A stretch of DNA of 64,000 nucleotides. It comes from Girardia tigrina (Eukaryota). Made by a program: the position numbers and the translations under genes. This document shows positions 39,581-51,754 of this stretch, piece by piece. Every line of letters begins with the position of its first letter. The stretch's first letter is position 1. The stretch covers positions 1 through 64,000 of the forward strand of contig MQRK01250511.1 of NCBI GenBank assembly GCA_001938485.1, given 5' to 3'. The notes beneath the pieces were generated by a model. That model worked only from the letters and a program-made list of their open reading frames with translations. It ran no database searches and was not told where the DNA came from.

Positions 39581-41138
39581 TTTTCCTTTGTATTTGAATT
39601 ACATGAAAAAAATTACATGAAAGAAATTACATGAATTGTGAGCGAATAAATGTATGATATGGAAAATGTTTTGATGTATTTTATAGGCAGTGTATTTTAA
39701 AAGCACAACATGATTTTATCCGAAGGAGAAAGTAAAATTTTCTATTTGACATAATTGGATTATAAATTTCTAAATGTTTTCATAAAATATTACTGTTACC
39801 ACCAGTTTAATTTTTCAACTTCTCAATTTCAAAATTTTTTTTAACGAACAAACTCCTTATAATTTATTATTAAATATAAATACCACGTTATTTCAATTTG
39901 AATTACTGACTGAACTCTTTTTTTATAATTTTTTATTTTAGAAAAACATCACGATAAAAGTCTTGGCCTTCTCATTTGAAAAACCAAAATCAAACAACAG
40001 AATTTCAAAATGTTTATTGTGTTAGATATATTAACAAACAAACGTACATAATTTTTTTCGGAGAAAAAAACAAAAAAATAACGAAAAATATGCGTATGAG
40101 GGGTTAATTTTATATTTTTATCTCGCCTGAATAGTTTATTATTTTTTTAATTTAAAGGGTAAAATATTTTTATGTTAATTTGCTTATTAAATATTTTAAA
40201 AAAATTAAAAATTATATAATAAAAGAAAATCANNNNNNNNNNNNNNNNNNNNNNNNNNNNNNNNNNNNNNNNNNNNNNNNNNAAAAATTGATTTTGAAAA
40301 TAAAGTTTAAATAATTTTTTGAAATAAATTTTCGAAATAAATTTTCAGGGTTTTAAAAATTAAATCGAAAAGAATTTATTAGATTAATTTGGGTCGAGAT
40401 AATTAAATTAAATTAACAGGAAAATTTGTTTTAGAAATGTGAATTGTTATAGTAATAAATTTTTGGTGTTAAATTATGGCTTTAGAATGTGATAATAATG
40501 AAAGTGGCATAAACGCTACTTACAATGCGGTTTATATTTTTGAAGTGCATTTCAATTTTTTATATTTTAAAATATGGAAAATAGAAGGAATTTTTTTAAA
40601 TCTTACATGATTATTATAATTTATAAAAGATTTATTCTGGAAAATATCGCTGCGCGTGTAATTAAAAGTTTTGGACGCTGCTTTAAAAATCAGTGCGCGG
40701 ACATACATTTGCACAGCTTGGAGGGGACTTTGATCATTACATATCCCATATAATCCTACTGTTCTTTTATAAGGACATAAAATTGACGCCATATGAATAA
40801 GTAAAAACAAATAATAAGAAATAATATAATATATTACATGACTGTGAGAAATAATTGATACGAAACTGTTGAAAATTCTTGTCATTTGGTAAAATTTATT
40901 GGTGTTTCAATCACATGTCTTTTATGAGCAAAAATGTGTCGGGTTTGAATTGGATATTTTTTTGTATATATGGTATGTTTTTTTAGAGTATTGCTTTTCC
41001 TATCGTGAAGGTTGATCAATATATTTAATAGTTTCAATCTGCAAATGTAATTCTAAATTTAATACTAAATTTATTTTAACTAAATTTGTTGATGTACTAC
41101 TTTTAATTATTTCAAAATTTCAATGTCTCATATTTAGT

Positions 41139-41186
<48 letters not shown>

Positions 41187-41188
<2 letters not shown>

Positions 41189-41760
41189 GTAAAACCTCTC
41201 TAAGTCGAAATTTTTCGTTCCGAATAAAATATTCATGTTAGTGGGATGTTCAACTTTCAGGATTATGTACGATTTTCCATAGAATACCTCTTAGCATTTA
41301 AAAGACAATGGTTATTTCTATTCGATCTTAACGAGAGATCGCCGATTTAATCTTGTAACGGTAATAAACGTCATATAATGACCGCAAATCAAAACACCGC
41401 AAAAAAAACAGACACTCCTACTTGAGTAGGATATTTTTAGAGGCTTATGGTTTTTTAAAAAAAAACTTTTTTTTTAATATGAACGCAATTCATCTCACTT
41501 TTTTTTCAAATCAAAAACCTGCTCCACAAAGATGGATCTTTAGCCTATGCGAAATTTCGTATATTACGAATACTTAAGTATCCATAAGAAATACATTTGT
41601 CGACTTTGATGAGTCATAGTATCTTCTTCTTCAACCTCTCCTTCATTTGCTTGCATTGACTTCTTGAAGACTTAAAGTTTCCGCAAGGCTTTTTCTTGGA
41701 TTTTTGAGTATCGAATGAAAATATTTTTTGTCGGCAGAAAGAATTGCATTATTTTATTAT
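41187..41760. mobile_element. Tigger/pogo-like terminal remnant
   Basis: CAGTAAAACCTCTCTAAGTCGA TIR-like start next to (TA)n. The other end was not found. Confidence 0.4.
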
Positions 41761-42301
41761 TGATGTCATTACATTAATTTGTTCTGATGGACCGTTTCAA
41801 TAAATTGAATTGCAATGATTTTTATTATTTTAATAAGTGGGATTTGTTAATAATTAATACTCATTTTAGTTGGTACTTTTAACTGAAGTTTTTATTTGAG
41901 ATAGTTTGGCAGCTATTTTCCTATTATCAATCAACTTTTTTGTTATAACAGTTAATTATTTCAAAGAAAACAATTTAATAATAGAAAAAAATAGTTGGTT
42001 GATAGTAAGTGAATACCTGCTAAACCATTTCAAATAATATCAGTTAAATACGACTGTTTCAGAATGAATTAAAATTTTTATTCAAATTGAAAAAGTAAAA
42101 ATTATTTATTAAAAAAAGGTTTCATAAACATTGTATATAATTTATATATATATATATATATATATGTGTGTATATTAATAATTAAAAAATGTTTTTTCTT
42201 CAATTCGTTTGTTTTGACGAATTATTTTATATGGAAAGTTTGTCACTAATAAAATTTTTTGAATTATCAATTTTCTTATCGTTATTGAAATAAAAAAATA
42301 A

Positions 42302-42791
42302 ATGAAAACTGAATCTTATCCACCGAAATCGAATCCGAGAATTTGAGAGAAATCTAAAGTAGAAAAGACGAACATTAAACCGACGAATATTGCAACGCTT
42401 TTGGACAAGAGTACGCGAAGCACTGCTTCTTCTTCTTCGGCAAAGTCGACTCGAACGACATTAAAATCTAAATTATTGAAAATCCAAGAATCTCTAATAT
42501 CTCCGTCAATTTCCGAGTCGAAAATCGAAAAAGAAAGACAAATGATAGAATTCTTGCTGCGGCAGGTGCACCCAGACACTGGCATCTCTGGAAAAGCCAT
42601 ATCGATCATGATAAATTCCGTGAACGATGTGTTTGAGCAGATTGCAAGTGAGGCTAGTCGATTGGCGCATTACAACAAGAAGTCGACGATCACGAGCAGA
42701 GAGATTCATACGGGAGTGAGATTGCTGCTTCCGGGGAAAGTTGGCTAAGAACGCCGCAAGCAGAGAAAGACATACGTCCCTCTTTAGAGCC
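42302..42791 (+). pseudogene. H2B: Histone H2B variant pseudogene with degenerate 3' stem-loop
   Basis: [60 protein letters not shown]. Early stop at 42344, frameshift after LLPG, C-terminus lost. GTCCCTCTTTAGAGCC at 42776-42791. Confidence 0.9.
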
Positions 42792-43919
42792 AAAATTTGT
42801 GATTGGACAGTAAAAACGATTGTAATTCTAAAGTAATGTTCGATGCATAAAAGTTACATATTTCTTATTTTATTTTGAGAGTCAGAATTGAAGTTGGTTT
42901 TTTAATTACCCGCAGATGTTTTATATAAATCTTGACTTCCTTAGAACAATAACAATAAACTCTTGCTCTATTTCCTCTGATATATTTCTTACAAATTTAT
43001 ATATAAATATGATAATATTTGAACGATTAAAGTTATATATTACTATATTATTATTTTATTACTATTTTACAATATTAAATATATTGACTTAACTGTGTTT
43101 TTCTAACTTGACTTTAAGTTTTTATTAATTTAAATTTATGTAAACTTTATGTATTGAATTTTTTCAGTTTCACATATGCCCTGACATCCTCGAATATTTT
43201 TGCTTAAACGAAAAATGTCATGTTTCGTCTGAAAAAATACTGTCAATAACGATTTCATAGGATTTTCAAAAAATATATGTATATAAAATATTTCTCATTA
43301 ACGCTTGGAATTAATCTTTGTAGTGTCATTTTTTGTTCCTGTTTAAACTAAGTACTATAATCACGTCAATGTCTTTACCATTTTGTGGTAAATTATAGTT
43401 TATATAATTTATATATGTAATATAATCCATGGTTCCTACATTTATTTAGCGCTATTTTAAAATAATTCTACAAAAAAGGAAATGATTTCTTCTGTTTTTA
43501 CATAATATTTTACTTATTGATTAATAAGTTTGCATTCTTTAGTATTATTGTTTATAGTTTGTTTTCTTGTACTAAATATTTTTAATGCACAACTTTTATT
43601 GAATTGGTTGGTCGCATTGTGATTCCCTTTCTTACTTAGCCTCATCTCACTAATTATATAGTTATTGTAAATATCAGCGTCAATATATCAAATAATTAAA
43701 TAAATCAATTTTAAAAAATATTGAATTAATAATTAAATAAAGTAAAAAATAATAATTAAATAAATAATTCAAAAAAATAATAAAGTAAATAATTTTTTGC
43801 TAAATTATTTTTGTAGGAATATTTTGTCACAAATGTATTTTTTAAATGTAGGAGAGCCATTTACATGTTTTTAGAACTTTCCACTGTCATATGAACCGTT
43901 TTTAATTGATCAATGTAAA

Positions 43920-44927
43920 TGGTTATCAAATTTAAAACTGAAATCTAACCGACTTGTTGTTAACAATGACAGTCATGGTTGGCAGCGCCGGAAATGTCAA
44001 AGGGAGAGAGCCGGCGCCTACAAACTCTCCTGTCCGTTTCCCGACTTGCAATATTTTGTAATATGTCCAACTTGCTTACATTTATAGCAAATTATTTGTC
44101 ATTAGATTGCCGCTGAGAATTTTCATTACGGTTTACCCTTGTTTGTACCAGATTTCCGTCATGTGGCACACGGGTTTTTGTAAAGGAACTCCTTCTATCG
44201 CTGCTAACCTCACCTCGTTCTTTAGAAACGATCTTTCCATCACCAACGTTTTGTACCGCTGACATTGAACTTTGTGTGACGCATTTTTTAATTCCTAAAT
44301 ACCTACGACTATATTCAACCATTTCGGTTAAATCTTGATCTCCGACCTGCTCTAAATTCAATTGCAACTCGAACGGCAATCCAGCCATAAAGGCCGTCTT
44401 GGTCAGATCGTCGATTTTTGATGCCAACATCTTTACTTGAGAAACGTAATCATCAATAGTTTGTCCTTCGTAATATTTCAAATTAAGCAGTTGGCTGTAC
44501 GCAGATCGTCTGGTTAATCCGAATGAATTGTCCAAGATTTGCAGTACTTCTTCACAGTTGCTCTGTTTCTTTTCATCCAATTCCATGTATATATTTAAAG
44601 GAACATCAGTCAACAAAAAAGGAAGATATGGGGCCGGATCCGAAATCCCCTGGATTTTCATAATCATCTTGAACTTTTTCTTCCAAATTTCAAAACTGCA
44701 GTTTCCATTAAATTTCTCCAAATGATCGAGTATAATTTTTAAATCGCTTTTCATTGCCCGGATAGCTTGTAACAACGAATCACAAATCTATTAAAATTTA
44801 TTTTTCACTAACAAATACTTTTAAAAATAGATATTATTTAAACAAATAATTATCTATATTTTTTCATGTTAAATATTTCATTTAAGAAATAAATTTAACG
44901 TGTAACGTTTAATTTAAAAAATTAACA
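43920..44927 (-). mobile_element. 5' part of a Gypsy-type LTR element: LTR (44768-44927), PBS-like site, gag with CCHC, start of protease
   Basis: TG...CA LTR on the minus strand. Gag ORF 44092-44775. Frameshifted CYKCKQVGHITKYC knuckle, then ALPTMTVIVNNKSV. Confidence 0.8.
44756..44767 (-). promoter_or_regulatory. Putative primer-binding site AGCTATCCGGGC
   Basis: Directly abuts the LTR end. Conserved (11/12) at 38987-38998 in a copy whose LTR sequence has otherwise diverged. Confidence 0.65.
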
Positions 44928-45465
44928 AGAAAAAAAATTCTAAAAAATCAATATTCAAAATTTGATTTTTATTCAAAAAAAGACAAAAAGAAAAAAATAA
45001 TTAAATCATTTTTTATTTTTAATTTCAAAGAAACAAAAGACAAAAAAACTAAGAATTAAAATATTTTAATGCAATTTGAGGAATCACTTGGAACATTTAA
45101 GCATGGTTTATAATGCTTATTTAAAATGCTTCGGTGATTATCCTCTCCTTATAATTGTCAAAATTTTTACATGAATTTTTTTTTACAAAATTCCCAATCA
45201 CTCCCTATATTTTCTCGATACCTAAAATCCAATATATGATTAAGAATGGAAGTGTTTCGACTCGATTTAGTATGTTTCAATTTTTCAATTCAATTTTTCA
45301 ACTCTCAATTTCACAAGTGTATTTCATATATATTTTTAAGAATAATAAGTATTTCATTTTACCAAATAAAAAAAATATAAATGCTATTTGTTCTTTATAC
45401 ACAATAATATCTTTTAATTGAAATTTTTGTTAATAATATACTAAAATATCTAGGCAAGATTTTAA

Positions 45466-46323
45466 CCCGTTGACTACCGAATTTGTTTTTCAAGAGACAT
45501 GTTAATTTCTTTTGAAGTTTTAGACGTAACAAAGGTAATTCGGCATGAAAAAATTTAAGACTTAGAAATATTTATTACGTAAAAGTTACAAAAATGAGTT
45601 TTTTGAGCTACAAACATGAGTTTTCTATGAATATTGCAGCATTATTATATTTTACTGATTATAATTGGTTTTTATCACTCATCTACATCTAATCTCAAAG
45701 GTGTAGGAGCATTAGAAGGTCTACCAACTCTATTTCTCTCTGAAGGACCATATCTCTGAAGTATTTCTCTAACCAAAAGCAATTTGAACTGAGCAGGCTG
45801 TAAGTCTGCTTCATTCCGTATGCTATATACGAATTGAATATCGCCATATCCATCACATGAAAGAATAAATTTTTATACCACTTCAAAGTTTTCCTAATTG
45901 AAGCAGAGAATGTTATTTGCATGTCAGTTTCATCAACAGCTCCCATTTTTTGCGAATATTCCATGACTAGAGCGGGCTTCATAATTTATGTTCCGTTTGA
46001 TCTATCAATTTTTCCACTGTTCAAGAAATTTGTACTATTTAAAGTCGATAACATGTAGACATCTCGTTTGTCTTTCCATTTCATTGCTGGAAGAGCTGAA
46101 GACGAAAACCATTGAACATCTTCTTTTCGTGATTTTCCAGTGAATTTTGGCCATTCTTTTCGATTTTTTCTCATTGTTCCACATGCTCCAGTTTTGTTCT
46201 GATTCAATAAATTGAATAGAGTTGGACTAGAGTAATATTTAGAAAAAACCGCATTAGAAAATTCCTCTTCGTTCAAAAGTTATAATCCGTAAACCCATAT
46301 ACGGGTCTCCGGTAGTCAACGGG
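45466..46323 (-). mobile_element. piggyBac (PGBD4-like) deletion derivative
   Basis: TTAA TSDs and perfect 14-bp TIR CCCGTTGACTACCG. Motifs YYSSPTLF, ACGTMRKNR, KWKDKRDVYMLST and YSQKMGAVD...KWYKNLFF. Confidence 0.95.
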
Positions 46324-46852
46324 TTAAAAATCCTAAAATTGAAAGAGTGACTCATAGTCGCCCGCACACTATATTTTACAAAATAAGGAGTCCTTAATGG
46401 ATAAAAGTTTGGCAACTCCTGATATATATTATTGGGGGTATTTTGTCTGAGACTGGTACTGAATCACACGGAATTATTTCAATATTTACTTGGTTTATCC
46501 TGGTTTGATTATTACAACAAAATCTGTTGATTTTTATAAACTGCCGTGTCAGTCTATTCACCATTTTTATAAAACGATGTATCACAAGAAGATCCATTCG
46601 TTATGAAATTATTCCCCTTATTTTCGATAATTAAATTTCACACACCTTTTTTAACTTATTTGTGTGATAAAACAAATTTCTTTTTACAAGTTATTTGATA
46701 ATAATTTTTAGAAAATGATTTTTACATTTCGACACTTTTTTATTTACAGTTTTGTAGTAATAAAAGTTTTTCTTTTTTGAGGATTTAATTGGATTTGATG
46801 TGGTTGGTTCTGATTCGTTTGATTTTCTATTGTTGTGGTGTTAAAACTCAGC

Positions 46853-46884
<32 letters not shown>

Positions 46885-47609
46885 CATATATTTTTGAATT
46901 TGTCCAAATGCTGATAATCGATAATTTTAATAGCGCCTCATAAATATTTTATTGATTTACATTAAGAAATAAATCACTATTGAATCATTTTTGAATATCT
47001 CTGTGGAGTCTGAAGAAAATATGAAGAAAAATCTGTTTTCTTTTGTAACGTATAATAAATAATGAAGATCCACCATACTTTAGTTCTTTTGTTGTTTATT
47101 CTCTTATTTTAAATGTCGATTTGTGTAAATTCAGTTTTATTTTTAATCTTAATTTTTATTTTTTTTAATCATAATAAAATTTCTCCGTTTACATTTTAGA
47201 AAATGTAGTGTCTTATATCCGGATGTTTATACACCATAAATAAAAAATAAATGAAAATTTTACTGGATAATTATTTTATATAAATTAATTAGTTTCGATA
47301 TTTAAAAAAACATCCTCAATTGGAATCATATATTAAAACTGGTTTAATAGAAAATGTGTCATGTTACATTCGAACTGGCAATAATCTGTCTTGAATCAGT
47401 TTCAGTGACACTCTTGGCAAATCGTTGTCTTCCAGACGTCAAGCGAGCTCGCGTCTCGCTTTTAATGTTAACCAATTTTATTTGTTCAGTTATTACTTTG
47501 TTTAATTTGACAAAATTATTTTTTGTTTTAATTAATTATATTAAATTTTATTGTTTCATAAATTCATTTTATTAGAACATAATATTTTGCATTCAATACA
47601 TTTATTGTA

Positions 47610-50600
47610 CATTTATTGCATGAAACTGTACCCCATCCATCAATGAAACGTTCTTGTACAGGATTACCCTAATGAGAAAGTTGTGCTCAGCACAGCCATC
47701 ATGCGGTCCTAGACTCTTCTGCATCGGGTGTGGGAGTTCGTGGAATTCAATCCACTCATTCAATTGGTCTCTTAATAGCGTTGCCAGAATCTTATAAGAA
47801 CACTCTAGCAACGATATCGGTCTCCATGAGGAGATTTCTCTATATTGACCTTGTTTTCCCTGTTTTGGAAGAAGAATAGTAAAAAACTTCTTCCAACTTT
47901 TTGGCACAACTCGGCTGTTAATGATCCTATTATATAATTTAGTGAAAATTACTCCCACTAGATCACAATACAACATATCTTTATATGTTATATTTGAGTA
48001 ACCAGGGGAGGAAATATTCGCTTTTTGAAGTGCACTCACCACCTCTCCACTCTCCACTTCTTGTAACTCAAATGAATCTCTCCTTTTCATCAAAAGGGTG
48101 TCCAACAGTTCACTGATCGGTGGGGCAGTTGATTTGGAGCTAAAGTGCTCCACAATTGCCTCTGTTGATGGTGTAGTGTCTGCAATAGTGTTGTGCAAAA
48201 TTAATTGAACCACCTTCCTCGGATGATTCTTATACATCTTCCTCAGGCCGGGATCCTGATTGGTTGACTCATTAGTGATATTTCCCATGTACAGATTTCT
48301 CCTTTTTATGGATCTGTGAGATTATATATACATAGTTATATCCTTCTCCATCATGTCTGGGTCAACCAATGCTGGGCGGATCTCAGTAAATGTGATTGAT
48401 CTGTCAACTCTTTCTGCACGAGTTGCTACAAGAGTAGCCCGATCCTACTTTTCTTTGGTCTTTCTTCTTTGCTCTCAACACAAACGGCACGATCTTCTGT
48501 TTGATTTTTTGTACATTAATATCGAACAAATCTCAGTCCTCCATGAGAGCATGAATAAATCCACACACCATCAGCCAAGTTTCTCCACTATTTCTCACCA
48601 GTTGGTGAGGTTGACCAAACACATTGATCTTCATTTCTCTTTTTGTGAGACACAAATGTTCAATGTATTTTGCCTCCATCTTCATCCTTGCCAGTAAACC
48701 TTCATCAATTATATCTGCTGTCGAGTCCAGTACTGATATATGGTGCTGCACTAAGTCTGCAACAAACAGCACCCATTTCCTGTTGTCAACCAGTGACGGC
48801 ATGTAGATGAACTCCTTCTCAGCGAAACTGTTAAGGTTAACAAGTTTTCTGAGAAAAGCCACACTGTCCTTGCTTATTGGAGTCGCAACAACTGGCTTAA
48901 CTGTAAGGTGTTTGTTGCTCAATGTGTACGCATTGATAAACACCGAGAAGTGATTTTCTGTGAACGATAGATATTTCTGTAATGAATTGTCCAGTGGAGC
49001 AGCTCCAATTCCAATCATTTTTGGAATATTCTCGTCAGTCGGAGTCATTTCCACAAACTATCTCATACTCCTCACAGCCATTGTTGGATCCTCCTCCAAT
49101 CCATCTTCTACCAATCCAGCTGAATATATGCATACAAATGGACCGCAATCATAATCGTTGTTCTGATATATGGCCGGTACACACTCGCTATCAAACTCTA
49201 GGGGGCGATCAAACAAGAATTTGTTGATAATACCATGGAGCTTCTCTCCCATCGCCATTGTCTCATTCTTCAACACGCTCTCTTTGTGGGGGTGGAATAT
49301 AATGGCAATTCCATCTTCTATCGAGACTCCATACAAGACCCAGTGAGCATTGCGCACATTTAATGGGCAGAGCAAGAAGTTACATGAATTCAGATATTGT
49401 TTTTCAAAGCCCATGAATTGCTTAACTCTACTTCTGTTGTTCAACATGGTGTTGGAGTCCACTGGGCTCACATATTCTTCTGTCACCAGAGCTACATGGT
49501 TTCTAAAGTAAAAATCAATGTGCTTACTATTAAACCACATTGAGTTGACTGTTGTCATCACCTTTGGAACCTGCACACTCTCTATCATGCATTCATCATC
49601 CACATATGAGAGTGGGCAATCCATCCCTGCTTTTGTTGATGGGATTGACTCATCCGGTCATTGTGAGAATTTCTTTGTTTCTGGAGATTGTTTCTTCACT
49701 ATTTTGCCCTTCTTGTCAACAAGAAAGAACCCATCTTCATACAAAACATCTATCATCTCCATCTTCTTCTTCACCAGGCCTGGTTTCTTTTCTGACTTAA
49801 GAATCGTTTTAGAAACCGGTCCTGGTCTCTTGGTGTTCTTCACAACTGTTGGTGGTGTCTTTGAAGTCACTAACCCCAGGTGGTGCCTCATTCTTTTGTA
49901 TTTGTTGTGTTGATCGAGACGCAGGTGATTGAGTGAAGATATCCTGAACCAAGTGAGCAGTCTGTGATGTTCGTTTGTTCTCAATCATATTTTCCAAGTC
50001 CGGTGTGATTGAACCCTTTGGAATGTAGTCTTTACTTGATGTTAGGTTGGGAATTATCATCCATTTTAAATCAAAAAGAAATTAAGACTTGCAAAATTTA
50101 TTAATCTACAACAGGTTAAATTTGTTATTTAAACAAATTTTCATTTTTTTTATTTTCTTTTTTTTAATTCTATTTTCCATTTTTTTAATTTCGATTATAA
50201 TTCGAAATTTTTAAAAACTAAAATTCTTATTTTCGAAAATTAAAAAATTAACAACGACACTCTCTTACACTTGATAAAGGTTCTTCTTCTGACGAAGGAA
50301 AAGATGTAGTGCTCGAATCCATACAATCAAACATTGGTGGTGGTATAGTTCGATTATATGAGATTGGTGAGCTCACAATCTCAACATCAGCATTCTGTTC
50401 CTCTTCATCTTCAGTTTCATCATTTTATGTTCCTGTCTTTCATCAATTCTTTGGCGAAGGTGACTTGATAACTCCTCCTCACACACCGAGGTGCCCCATC
50501 AGCTTAGGAGCTCCTCTAGGACAGCTGAACGAAACTTTTCAGGTTGTCCGCCTCTCATAAATACTCCGTCCGTTGTAACATTCACCAAGTTAGAGTAATG

Positions 50601-51400
50601 TATTTCCAACTCTAGGTTATCCAGAATGGCAAGTTGAATTTTGTCATCAAGTTCTGGGCCTTTTCTGTTTTCCGTGGTGGCAGCGGTTTCTGTGTCTTGA
50701 TCCAATTATCGCTTTCCGTTTCCGTTGGTTTGAGATCATGTTACGTAATCATTATCGGGTTCATCATCTTCTTCCTTTTCATCTTTCAAATCTTCTCTGT
50801 CTTACTCTTCTCCATATTGCTTTTTTTCATCATTCTCTTCTATATCGACTTCTACATTCGATTAAATTTGTTGAGCAAGTTCTTTCATTTCTGTAATTTC
50901 TTCATTATCTCCACTGTCTATGACTCTTGGAGATGCAAGCTGATGAATTACTGATTCCGGTTCACCTTGTGCATCTTCCTTATAGAGACTTGTTCGAGTC
51001 CTGCAACTTGGTTAGCTCCTGTTGCCGCACTCTCTACCATCTGAGTGTCCGCAATTGATTTACGTCTTCTGATCACGTCTACCGAGTGAAATATTCGGAT
51101 TTTGTGCTCAGATATAATTTACCTTTCCTAGTTGGAAAATTTTCAGGCGTAGCCACCTTCTGTTCCTCTATCTTTGAGGGTTGATTGGATTGCTGCTTTT
51201 TCTCAAAATCTCCTCCAATATCTTTTGTCAGACGATTAATCAATTTCTCAATTTGGACAGGCATAACCAAAAACGTGGGGCATAGAAATGATCGATTGTT
51301 ACTAAAAAGCAGTAAAGAGGAAATAGCAGTTACTAATAGCAGTAATTCAGAAATCCGCCTCACGTTTTTGGTTAGGTATAAAATTTCTAACATGTCTAGA
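47610..51400 (-). mobile_element. 5' portion of a NeSL-clade non-LTR retrotransposon: ORF1-like region, two Ulp1/C48 protease domains, N-terminal RT
   Basis: RT motifs SSPGYSNITY, VPKSWK, TILLPK, WRPISL...YKI and QKS..P.DGCAEHNF. C48 motifs PLNVRNAHWVL...QNNDYDCGPFV. ORFs 49658-49984, 49058-49624 and 48533-49054 are one frame broken by stops. Confidence 0.85.
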
Positions 51401-51754
51401 AAAAAAATTATTTTCCTCTTTTTAGTGCATTGGTAATACTTGAAAAACGTGGTTGTTTTTATAAAAATTTTTTTTATTAATAATATTATTATAGGTATAT
51501 TTAATATAATAATAGTGTATAATAATGAAAATCATTCACCTTTTTATACTTTAAAAGGTATAATCATTCACCTTTACTTCACCGGTAGTTACTTTATGAT
51601 CAGCCTGTATACCTCTTCTCAGTGTGTCATCATCGATCTCTCCCAAATAAAGGTCAAAAATACTTTCCTTGCATTTTAAATATCAATATAATTGTCAAAA
51701 CTGACAATCGATGATAAATAATAAATGATTTTGTTTGTTTTTAAGGACAAATTA

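Noticed and set aside
46394-46860. Possible further Penelope GIY-YIG remnant on the minus strand
   Set aside because: Motifs too degenerate to support by eye, and no hammerhead was found.
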